This document shows, piece by piece, positions 26,939 to 38,993 of a stretch of 64,000 nucleotides of DNA. The position numbers and the translations under genes were made by a program. The notes under the pieces are model-generated. The model searched no databases, was not told the DNA's origin, and was given only the letters and a program-made list of their open reading frames with translations. This DNA is from Pseudovirgaria hyperparasitica. Taxonomy: Eukaryota. The stretch is taken from assembly GCA_010093815.1 (NCBI GenBank), contig ML996580.1. The stretch is one strand, 5' to 3'. Within the stretch, counting starts at the first letter, position 1. Every line of letters starts with the position of its first letter.

Positions 26939-28686
26939 TAGATAGGTATTAGAGATAGTAGAGAATAAGATTAAGAGCCTAGTACTATCCGTATAAAAGA
27001 GACTAAGGACTAAAATAATCTAGAATAAGAATCTCTTCTAGGATCTAATTTAAGACCTAGAAATCTAGTATCTTATCTAGAAGGTAGTATCTAAGAGAAG
27101 TTATATAAACGTTAAAACTAAAGAAGAGTCTTATACGCTAAAAATAAAAATTAAGAAAGAGCTTAAGTTAGAGACGCCTAAGGATATTAAGAATAAGCCT
27201 TCTTACCCCTCTCTAAAAGAGAAACTTTATATATTAGATCTTACTTATACGAGTAGTACTAAAGGCTCTCCTTCTATACTATCTAGTTCTTCTAATCTTT
27301 CTACCTAGCTAATATCTATAGTAGAAGCTAAAACCTCTATATAATAATTATCTATTAAGAAGGAAGGTAGAGAGAGTAATAAAGAGGATAATATTACCTA
27401 GAATTAATCTATAGGTATAATAATAAGGTTAAAAGGGAAAGAAAAAGAGTCTTAGTAGAGAAAGCTAACTACTTATATAGATTTAGGAGCTATTACTTCT
27501 TATATAGAAGAGAATATTAAAGTAGATATCCTAGTATACTCTAAATATTTAGAGTTTTTCTTTCGTATAAGGCGCTTAAAGTTATATAATATAATATATA
27601 CTAGTACTAGACTAGGCCTAGTATAGGGCTAGGCTCCTATATTTAATTCTATCTAAGCTCTACTTTAGTCTTACCTTTAATATCTTTAACCTTACCTCTA
27701 AAACTTTAAAATTCTCTCTTAATACCTTATATAAAGCTATTATAGCTTTAAATTCTTTCTCTAGCTCTCTAGGTATTATCTCTTATATCTAGTATTACTA
27801 GATCTTTACTAAATAGACGGATAAGCTTCTTAAAATACTATCTAGCGCTACTAATTCTAATCCTAGTCTTTATATAGGCTAAGCTCCTATCTTTAGCCTT
27901 ATTAGATTATCTATACCTACTATATAAGTAGATATTCTTCTATAATTCTATTATAGCTAATAAGCTATTAGAGATCTTTACCTTTAGTATTTATACTAGC
28001 TATTCTAACTATAGATCTTTAATACTAACTTTAGTATAGAACCTAATTATTATATAAGCTACTAATTAGCCTATTTAAATATAGGAGAATCGCGCTATAT
28101 ATAATAGTACCCTTACTTTAGTTATTATATACCGCGGTATCCTTAAGACTAAGGCTCTCTTATTATAGCGGGCTTTATATATAAAGGCCTTTATTATCTA
28201 CTCTCGCGGTTAGTAATATCTTCTTTAGAATTAGTTATTATATATATACTAATATTAAACCTAGGATTTAAGAATACTATACTATATAATAGATATATTT
28301 ATATTTATAATAGTATAAATAAATTTAAGATATACGTAGGCTATATTAGTCTATATAGCTACTTTAATAATATCTACTCTAACTATATATATACTAAAAT
28401 AACTACCCGCTATAGTAAGAATTATAAGATTAAGGATATAAAGAATCTCTTATATAATAAGTTTACGCGCTATTTCTCTAATAGTCTACTATAGCTCTAT
28501 CTATCTTTAGCTAGTAAGTATATAATAGATAGCCTTAGTAGCCCTTCTAATATAAAATATATTATATAATCTTAGAAAAGAACTAGTTAGTATAGATTTC
28601 TAGAGAGATAGGTATTATATAATATATAAAGGTTATATTATAAATATATAGTAGTAGAAATTAAAGAAATCTATACTTAAATTCTA
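26939..28686 (+). pseudogene. RIP-degraded ORF of unknown identity; C-terminus continues at 39244-39330 beyond LINE L2
   Basis: Coding-like composition. Joining across the L2 TSD keeps frame (de-RIP ...EIYAQILQKSQADDFVQLMLLDPEGTSVENGYGDF-stop). No TE domain recognised. Confidence 0.55.
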
Positions 28687-28925
28687 AAAAACTCCGAACT
28701 AGAGGCCTAACGGACTAAACTGGTTAATTCGGGGTAAAATAGCAATTTACATACATTAAACGATAGAGTACACCGAGTATAACAACCTCCGATACACGTG
28801 TATACGTATAGTATATAATACGCGACGATACTAACGTATAGAGATACTATATATATACGCTTAAAGACTCTTCGATAACACGAGTATAGACTATATCTAA
28901 TAAACGCCGATACGCCGACCCCCTT

Positions 28926-28956
28926 TTATTAGTTAAGGGCTACCCTTAACTAATAA
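28926..28956. repeat. Shared palindrome, L2 5' copy
   Basis: TTATTAGTTAAGGG-CTA-CCCTTAACTAATAA. Confidence 0.95.
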
Positions 28957-31633
28957 CTATAGCGGCCTTAGACATTATAATACCCCGGTATACGCTAGAT
29001 ATACCTCTACTAGTACGGTAGAAACGGCTATATAGCGATATTAATATAGATAGCTAGATACCTATCTAAAATATAGGAACTAACTAAGAGTACGAAGTAC
29101 TATAGATAACCTAGACTAAGGGGACCCTAAGAGGGGAGACCCTCCTAGATAAAATTAAATACTAGGTAATACGTATAGAGAGGGATACTAAGAAGGGAAA
29201 GAAGACCCTTCTTTATATATTCCGGGACCTTATCCGGAATCTAAGAGAAATTATAGAGAAAGAAAGGAAGTCGCTACAAGAGGAATCTAGTAGTAGACTT
29301 AACTAAATAGAAGCTAGCCTACGGAGAATCTAGAAAGAGCTATTCTAAGGTAAGCGCCCTAACACATAGGCTTAGATTATAGTAATACCCGGAGCTACCG
29401 TACTAAGGACTACTAGAACCATAGATAGAGTATATAGTATATATATTATAATCTAGGATAAGGACACGCTAGCGTAGGTCTAATAGGTATCCCTAAAGGA
29501 AATTATAAATAAGATTAACGAATAGAAAGGAATATAGTCGAGTATCGTGGCTACTAAAGTTACGCTAGGTAGGGTAGTACTTACTACTATAATAAATACT
29601 ACGTAGTAAAATATCTCACGAGATCCGAACGTAATAGGTAGTATCTTCCCTAGCGCGTCTATTAGGGTAGCTATATACCCGATTATAGTATATATAGTAC
29701 CCATACGGGGATAGGCTATCGGAGTAGAGAATATCACGCGTATAGAATAATCTAACACGCAAAAATACCCAGGGATTAAGATTATAAAAGCGTGGTAGAA
29801 GAACCTATAGGCGATTAAGACAACGGCGAAAAAACACTCTACTATAATTATAGAGCTCCGAGACCCCGCCCTTATATAATATATTATATAGAAGGGATTC
29901 CTAGTAGAAGGAGAGCTTCTTATAGCCGAGCCATAGAATAGAGTATAGGTAATAATATAGTGCTTTAACTATTAAGGGTATAGATATACTATATAAAGGT
30001 ACTTATAGAAGACTAAGTACGGATAGTACCGTAGGGACCACGCTATCTAGGAGTACCCTTATAAACCGCGAGGAGACGGACTAAGAAATAAGGATATAGT
30101 ATAGTATTTAAACTACAATAGGAAACACCCGTTATAGTCGTTAACGTATATAAAACGTAAATAGATTATAGAATATATTTATATAATAAAAGCGAGAGAC
30201 GCGAGATAGTTATAGAATATAACACCTACTACGGGCCCTTTCTTTATAATACCCCTAACCTCCTCTCCGGAAGGTAGTTAGGTAGGATAGTAGACTATCC
30301 CGAAGACGATAGGACAACTAAAAGGCATAGTTAAAGCCGCTACCGCGCGAGGATAGTCGCGCCTCTAAGGAATAAGTATATAGATATATATACTCCCTAG
30401 TACCTAATAAGGGACTAGAATATACTCTAAATTATATAGGTAAATATATAATATAAAAGAGAGAACTAGGCGACGCTCCTTAAAGAGACTAGGGCTATAA
30501 TACTCGCTATCTAGGAACCCTATAAATACTACTAGACGAGTAAACTAACCATATACCCTGGATACTATACTATATACCCTCTAGGACTAGAAAGACGAGT
30601 CCTCTTCTATATTTATAGGTTAATACTACTCTTATTATAGTTATATACCAAGCGCGATAACCTTAGAATAATACTATACCTATAAATAGATATAGGCCCC
30701 CTATATATATATAATATATATAACTAATAACATGTACTTATACTAGACAAGATACTTAAGGGTACTATAGAACTAGGGTAATATATCCTTCTAGGAGACT
30801 TTAACCTCTACTACTAATAGTAGAGAGGCCTAGCTATAGTTAGGGAAGAACTTAGAGTAAGGGAACTACGTACCCGCTACTACGACTTCCTATACCTACT
30901 TATACTTATAGAATAAGTTATATAGAAAAAATATAAATAGGACGAAGACGGGTCTACGCTTAACCTTACCTTCGCCACGGAGTATATTAGTTACCGGATC
31001 TAATATTACCGCCTAGGCTAGGTATAGACGGATTCCGACTATAAATATATAGAAACCGTAATAAACGTATATACCCCGAATAAATAATAGGGACAATAGA
31101 TATAGAAGGACACCAACTAGGAAAAGTACCTAAAGGACCTAGAATCGGCGATTCTAGATCCCTCTATAGTCGATATATCTAATAACCTAGCTATAGACTA
31201 GGCCGTATAGATACTCCTATAAATATACTAGAATATAAGAAATAAATACATACTATACTAAATATACTAGCCCCCGGAAGTAAAGGGGATTCCTTAAGTA
31301 TAGGAAAGTAGATAAGACGCCCGAAGGCTATATATACGCGTATACTATATAAGAATACCCGAGTCGTAGGAAGAATAGAAGGAAGTAATATAATAATAAT
31401 AATAATAATAATATTATATAACTAGGTAGAGTAGTACTCTATAGACCTATGCCTCCTCTAGTCTAAGCCACTATATAAGAAGAAACCCTATAGGGAAAAA
31501 CTTCCTTATATCTATAACTACATCTCGTTAAACCTCTATTTCGTCTTAAGTATATAGCTATAGGGTACGCCTATTAGCCTATAGCCTATATTACCGTTAT
31601 TTTACCCTTAGGTAGCACGTGTAGATGCGGAGG

Positions 31634-31664
31634 TTATTAGTTAAGGGCTACCCTTAACTAATAA
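31634..31664. repeat. Shared palindrome, L3 3' copy
   Basis: TTATTAGTTAAGGG-CTA-CCCTTAACTAATAA. Confidence 0.95.
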
Positions 31665-32857
31665 TCGGGGTTCTTCCGGGGTTCTTCCGGTATATATCGG
31701 GTTACTACCGGCGTATACCGGGTCTCTTCTAGTATATATTTCTAGGTCTACTAGTACTAGAGGAGTAGTAGATATATAAGTATCTATTAGGAGACGTCCT
31801 TAGGGTACTTATTAAGCTATTATACGATATCTAAAGTCTTCGTAATATAGATAAGCTATTACCGTTATATATAGAGGTTAGGGTATATAGCTAGATAGTG
31901 GCGTATTATACCTCTCCGGCCGCACGCCTTATACTATAGAGAGATATCGGGAACGCCTCTCTTATAGATATAGTATAGAAGTCCTATAGCGCCCGTTCGG
32001 GCTTAGATAAGTATAGATACTTAGGCTTTTATCAGCCCTTTATATATCTATTTACTTAGTTCCTTCTATAGCCCTCGAATCTACTCTAGATACCTATTCT
32101 ACTAGGAGGTCTAGTAGGTATAGAGTGCCTCTTTCTACTTATCTTAAGTCTATAACCGTATATTTTTTATAAGTTCTTAAAGGCTCTACTAGTCTAGAAG
32201 AGCGTCTAGATTATCTTAGACTTCTTATACTACTTAGCTAGAGTTAGCTTCTATTAAGTATCTATACCGTATTTAATTCCGGCCTATATATAGAAGTGCG
32301 CGGTAATATATACTAATTTATATATATAGCGCGGTAAAAGTATATTCTATATTTCCTATACGTTTCTATACTTATTATTTAGTAAAGTATACTACCCTCT
32401 ATATCTAGTAGAAGTTATATATACTTATAACGTCTATCTTACGTCGTAGTAGTACTATATTAGTAGCTTTATATACGCCTAATATAAGACGGAGTATACG
32501 GTTCTATATAGATTTAAGCTTTATTTACCTAGTCTATATAAGGGCCGTATACTAGTACTTATATCCGTATATAAAGGTAGGTCGTGCCATAGATATATAT
32601 AGCTAGCATGCCTTATCCTGGGCGGTTCCCTACGTAGAGGCTATAATCTATTATATAGCGGCTTCTATCTAGAGGGCCCTAGAGACGGCGTATACTACTT
32701 ATAGTCCCTATTTAAGCTTACTATCTAGTATAACTCCGAGCGTGTATATACTTTATACTAGTAGTTCGTTAAATACGTTGATTTAGGGGCGTTATTCGCC
32801 TTCCCTAGTTACCTATTTCCCTTAACGATTAATAAAGTGCATGAGCTAGTATTTCTC

Positions 32858-33647
32858 NNNNNNNNNNNNNNNNNNNNNNNNNNNNNNNNNNNNNNNNNNN
32901 NNNNNNNNNNNNNNNNNNNNNNNNNNNNNNNNNNNNNNNNNNNNNNNNNNNNNNNNNNNNNNNNNNNNNNNNNNNNNNNNNNNNNNNNNNNNNNNNNNNN
33001 NNNNNNNNNNNNNNNNNNNNNNNNNNNNNNNNNNNNNNNNNNNNNNNNNNNNNNNNNNNNNNNNNNNNNNNNNNNNNNNNNNNNNNNNNNNNNNNNNNNN
33101 NNNNNNNNNNNNNNNNNNNNNNNNNNNNNNNNNNNNNNNNNNNNNNNNNNNNNNNNNNNNNNNNNNNNNNNNNNNNNNNNNNNNNNNNNNNNNNNNNNNN
33201 NNNNNNNNNNNNNNNNNNNNNNNNNNNNNNNNNNNNNNNNNNNNNNNNNNNNNNNNNNNNNNNNNNNNNNNNNNNNNNNNNNNNNNNNNNNNNNNNNNNN
33301 NNNNNNNNNNNNNNNNNNNNNNNNNNNNNNNNNNNNNNNNNNNNNNNNNNNNNNNNNNNNNNNNNNNNNNNNNNNNNNNNNNNNNNNNNNNNNNNNNNNN
33401 NNNNNNNNNNNNNNNNNNNNNNNNNNNNNNNNNNNNNNNNNNNNNNNNNNNNNNNNNNNNNNNNNNNNNNNNNNNNNNNNNNNNNNNNNNNNNNNNNNNN
33501 NNNNNNNNNNNNNNNNNNNNNNNNNNNNNNNNNNNNNNNNNNNNNNNNNNNNNNNNNNNNNNNNNNNNNNNNNNNNNNNNNNNNNNNNNNNNNNNNNNNN
33601 NNNNNNNNNNNNNNNNNNNNNNNNNNNNNNNNNNNNNNNNNNNNNNN
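32858..33647. other. Assembly gap (790 N) inside the L3 RT region
   Basis: Run of N; the flanks map to L2 36935 and 37770, so ~834 bp is expected. Confidence 0.99.
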
Positions 33648-36366
33648 GATATCTACCGCGTATAGATATTCGGCGCCGTGAACGTCTAATAGGTCTACTA
33701 GTTCCGGGAGAGGGAATATAGCCTCCCGTAGGGCCTTAGTTTTCTTAAGGCCCGTAGAGTATATTCTCCCCTAATATATTAGGGGAGGCATAAGTAGTAG
33801 GGGTGTCGGAGTGTCTACGCCCTTAGCCTATTTCGCTATACGCTATAGCCCTATTACGTATCGTGTCTATTAACTAGTAATTATATACTACTATTTACGC
33901 CTTTCGTTACGGAGGACTTTATCGCGTTATTATATTGCTTTCTTCTATTCTTTCTACGACTTAGGTATTCTTATATAGTATACGCGTCTATATAGTCTTC
34001 GGGCGTCTTATCTACTTTCCCGTACTTAAGGAATCCCCTTTACTTCCGGGGGCCGGTATATTCGGTATAGTACGTGTTTATTTCTCGTATTCTAGTATGT
34101 TTATAGGAGTATCTATACGGCCTGGTCTATAGCTAGGTCGTTAGATATATCGACTATAGAGGGATCTAGGATCGCTGATTCCAGGTCCTTTAGGTACTTT
34201 TCCTAGTCGGTATCCTTCTATATCTATTATCCCTATTATTTATTCGGGGTATACACGTTTATTACGGTTTCTATATATTTATAGTCGGAATCCGTCTATA
34301 CCTAGCCTAGGCGGTAGTATTAGATCCGGTAACTAATATGCTCCGTAGCGAAGGTAAGGTTAAGCGTAGACCCGTCTTCGTCCTATTTATGTTTTTTCTA
34401 TATAACTTATTCTATAGGTGTAAGTAGGTATAGGAAGTCGTAGTAGCGGGTACGTAGTTCCCTTACTCTAAGTTCTTCCCTAACTATAGCTAGGCCTCTC
34501 TACTATTAGTGGTAGAGGTTAAAGTCTCCTAGGAGGATGTGTTACCCTAGTTCCGTAGTACCCTCGAGTATCTCGTCTAGTATAAGTATATATTATTAGT
34601 TATATATGTTATATATATATAGGGGGCCTATATCTATTTATAGGTATAGTATTATTCTAAGGTTATCGCGCTCGGTATACGACTATAATAAGAGTAGTAT
34701 TAACCTATAAATATAGAAGAGGACTCGTCTTTCTAGTCCTAGAGGGTATATAGTATAGTATCCGGGGTGTGTGGTTGGTTTACTCGTCTAGTAGTATTTA
34801 TAGGGTTCCTAGATAGCGAGTATTATAGCCCCGGTCTCTTTAAGGAGCGTTACCTGGTTCTCTCTTTTATATTATATATTTATCTATATAATTCGGAGTA
34901 TATTCTAGTCCCTTATTAGGTACTAGGGAGTATATATATCTATATACTTATTCCTTAGAGGCGCGACTGTCCTCGCGCGGTAGCGGCTTTAACTATGCCT
35001 TTTAGTCGTCCTATCGTCTTCGAGATAGTCTACTATCCTATCTAACTATCTTCCGGAGGGGAGGTTAGGGGTATTATAAAGGAAGGGCTCGTGGTAGGTG
35101 TTATATTCTATAACTATCTCGCGCCTCTTGCTTTTATTATACGAATATATTCTATAATCTATTTACGTTTTATACACGTTAACGACTATAACGGGTATTT
35201 CCCGTCATAGTTTAAATACTATACTATGTCCCTATTTCTTAGTCTGTCTCCTCGCGGTTTATAAGGGCACTCCTAGGTAGCGTGGTCCCCACGGTACTAT
35301 CCGTACTTAGTCTTCTATAAGTACCTTTATATAGTATATCTATACCCTTAATAGTTAAAGTACTATATTATTACCTATACTCTATTCTATAGCTCGGCTA
35401 TAAGAAGCTCTCCTTCTATTAGGAATCCCTTCTATATAATATATTATATAAGGGCGGGGTCTTAGAGCTCTATAATTATAGTAGAGTGTTTTTTCGCCGT
35501 CGTCTTAATCGCCTATAGATTCTTCTACCACGCTTTTATAATCTTAATCCCTGGGTATTTTCGCGTGTTAGATTATTCTATACGCGTAATATCCTCTACT
35601 CCGATAGCCTATCCCCGTATAGGTACTATATATACTATAATCGGGTATATAGCTACCCTAATAGACGCGCCGGGGAAGATACTACCTATCGCGTTTGGAT
35701 CTCGCGAGATGTTTTACTACGTAGTATTCGTTATAGTAGTAAGTACTACCCTATCTAGCGTAACTTTAGTAGCCACGACACTCGACTATATTTCTTTCTA
35801 TTTATTAATCTTATTTATAATTTCCTTTAGGGATGCCCGTTAGACCTACGCTAGTATATTCTTATCCTAGATTACGACACGTATACTATATACTCTATCT
35901 ATGGTTCTAGTAGTCCTTAGTGCGGTAGCTCCGGGTATTACTATAATCTAAGCCCACGTGTTAGGGCGCTTACCTTAGAATAGCTCTTTCTAGATTCTCC
36001 GTAGGCTAGCTTCTATTCGGTTGAGTCTACTACTAGGTTCCTCTCGTAGCGACTTCCTTTCTTCCTCTATAATTTCTCTTAGATTCCGGATAAGGTCCCG
36101 GAATATATAAAGAAGGGTCTTCTTTCCCTTCTTAGTATCCCTCTCTATACGTATTACCTAGTATTTAATTTTATCTAGGAGGGTCTCCCCTCTCGGGGTC
36201 CCCTTAGTCTAGGTTATCTATAGCGCTTCGCACCCTTAGTTAGTTCCTATATTTTAGATAGGTGTCTAGCTATCTATATTAATATCGCTATATGGCCGTT
36301 TCTACCGTACTAGTAGAGGTATATCTAGCGTATACCGGGGTATTATAATGCCTAAGGCCGCTATAG

Positions 36367-36397
36367 TTATTAGTTAAGGGTAGCCCTTAACTAATAA
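36367..36397. repeat. Shared palindrome, L3 5' copy
   Basis: TTATTAGTTAAGGG-TAG-CCCTTAACTAATAA. Confidence 0.95.
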
Positions 36398-38962
36398 AAG
36401 GGGGTCGGCGTATCGGCGTTTATTAGATATAGTCTATACTCATGTTATCGAAGAGTCTTTAAGTATATATATATAGTATCTCTATACGTTAGTATCGTCG
36501 CGTATTATATACTATACGTACACACGTGTGTCGGAGGTTATTATACTCGGTGTACTCTATCGTTTAATGTATGTAAATCGCTGTTTTGCCCCGAATTAAC
36601 CAGTTTAGTCTGTTAGGGTGTGAGAAGTTTTTTTTTCGAAGGAAGTAATATAATAACGCGATAAAGTTCTCCGTAACGAAAGGCGTAAATAGTAGTATAT
36701 AATTACTAGTTAATAGATATAATACGTAACGGGGCTATGGCGTATAGCGAAATAGGCTAAGGGCGTAGATACTCCGACACCCCTACTACTTATACCTCCC
36801 CTAATATATTAGGGGAGAATATACTCTACGAGCCTAGAGAAAACTAAGGCCCTACGGGAGGCCATATTCCCTCTTCTAGAACTAGTAGATCTATTAGACG
36901 TTCACGGCGCCGAATATCTATATATAGTAGATATCCCTAAAGAAGTTACGGAGGAGGATATACTTAATATTATTAAGATACTCCTAAATAATAAAGTACC
37001 CGGACCAGATGGAATTCTAAATTAATGTCTAAAAAGTACTATAAAAGCGACTCTACCACTTATTACTCATATATTCTAAGTATACGTCACGTAGGGATAC
37101 TACCCCTAGAGCTTCCGAGTCGCCTATACTATTATACTCCCGAAACTAGAAAAGAGCCCTAACTCTCTAAAGGAATAGAGACTAATCGCCCTTCTCTTCT
37201 ACCTAGGTAAGATACTAGAGACTACGGTAGCGAAGAAGATAAGTACCATAGTATAGAAATATAATCTTCTCCCTCCAAACTAGAAGGTAAAGATAGATAG
37301 CTCTCTAATAATAGCTATCTAATATATTATTAAAGTTATCTAGGCCGCATAGAAATAGAGACGGGTAGTATTACTCCTCTCCCTTAATATAGCCGGAGCG
37401 TTTAATAAGGTAAACTATATAAGACTTATTTATAACCTCCGGATAAGATAAATACTAGAATGGATTATACGCTTTATATAGTTATTCCTTATAGGAAGAA
37501 TAACTTAGATATATATCTCTAGATACTAGAGCGAATATAAAGAGATGGTATACGGCATTCTATAAGGGAGTACTATCTCTCTAATTCTATTTCTCTTCTT
37601 TACGGTAGACCTTCTTTAAGAAATAAAGTATATAGAGGTAGTCGGATATACTAATAATATATACCTTCTAGCTATTAATAATAATACTAACCGAACGTAT
37701 AGATAACTAGAATAGAACTATAAGAGGTGCCTCTAGTAGGTAAAACGCTACGGAGTAAAGTTCGCCCTAGAGAAATACTAGCTCATGCACTTTATTAATC
37801 GTTAAGGGAAATAGGTAACTAGGGAAGGCGAATAACGCCCCTAAATCAACGTATTTAACGAACTACTAGTATAAAGTATATACACGCTCGGAGTTATACT
37901 AGATAGTAAGCTTAAATAGGGACTATAAGTAGTATACGCCGTCTCTAGGGCCCTCTAGATAGAAGCCGCTATATAATAGATTATAGCCTCTACGTAGGGA
38001 ACCGCCCAGGATAAGGCATGCTAGCTATATATATCTATGGCACGACCTACCTTTATATACGGATATAAGTACTAGTATACGGCCCTTATATAGACTAGGT
38101 AAATAAAGCTTAAATCTATATAGAACCGTATACTCCGTCTTATATTAGGCGTATATAAAGCTACTAATATAGTACTACTACGACGTAAGATAGACGTTAT
38201 AAGTATATATAACTTCTACTAGATATAGAGGGTAGTATACTTTACTAAATAATAAGTATAGAAACGTATAGGAAATATAGAATATACTTTTACCGCGCTA
38301 TATATATAAATTAGTATATATTACCGCGCACTTCTATATATAGGCCGGAATTAAATATAGTATAGATACTTAATAGAAGCTAACTCTAGCTAAGTAGTAT
38401 AAGAAGTCTAAGATAACCCGGACGCTCTCCTAGACTAGTAGAGCCTTTAAGAACTTATAAAAAATATACGGTTATAGACTTAAGATAAGTAGAAAGAGAC
38501 ACTCTATACCTACTAGACCTCCTAGTAGAATAGGTACCTAGAGTAGATTTAAGGGCTATAGAAGGAACTAAGTAAATAGATATATAAAGGGCTAACGAAA
38601 GCCTAAGTATCTATACTTATCTAAGCCCGAACGGGCGCTATAGAACTCCTATACTATATCTATAAGAGAGGCGTTCCTAATACCTCTCTATAGTATAAGG
38701 CGTACGGCCGGAGAGGTATAATACACTACTATCTAGCTATATACCCTAACCTCTATATATAATAGTAATAGCTTATCTACGTTACGAAGACTTTAGATAT
38801 TATATAATAGCTTAATAAGTACCCTAAGGATATCTCCTAATAGATACTTATATATCTACTACTCCTCTAGTACTAGTAGACCTAGAAATATATACCGGAA
38901 GAGACCCGGTATACGCTAGTAGTAACCTAATATATACCGGAAGAACCCCGGGAGAACCCTAA

Positions 38963-38993
38963 TTATTAGTTAAGGGCAGCCCTTAACTAATAA
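38963..38993. repeat. Shared palindrome, L2 3' copy (at the ORF2 stop)
   Basis: TTATTAGTTAAGGG-CAG-CCCTTAACTAATAA; loop retains un-RIPed CAG. Confidence 0.95.

Larger units (their letters stand above)
31397..36637 (-). mobile_element. Full-length Tad1-like LINE L3, same family as L2, inserted antisense into L2 ORF2
   Basis: TSD GAAGGAAGTAATATAATAA at 31378-31396 and 36638-36656. (AAT)n tail at the left end. Reverse complement is colinear with L2, and the empty site is visible in L3 itself at ~33922-33950. Confidence 0.95.

Noticed and set aside
32837..33721. 294-aa ORF in the track
   Set aside because: Artefact of translating the N gap.
29480..35843. Twin 92-aa hydrophobic ORFs (29480-29758 and 35565-35843)
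   Set aside because: Antisense to LINE ORF1 in L2 and L3; hydrophobicity is a by-product of RIP AT enrichment.
26662..38993. Palindrome copies as terminal inverted repeats of a DNA transposon
   Set aside because: Each copy lies at a fixed internal position within LINEs whose ends are defined by TSDs and tails; no TSDs flank the palindromes.
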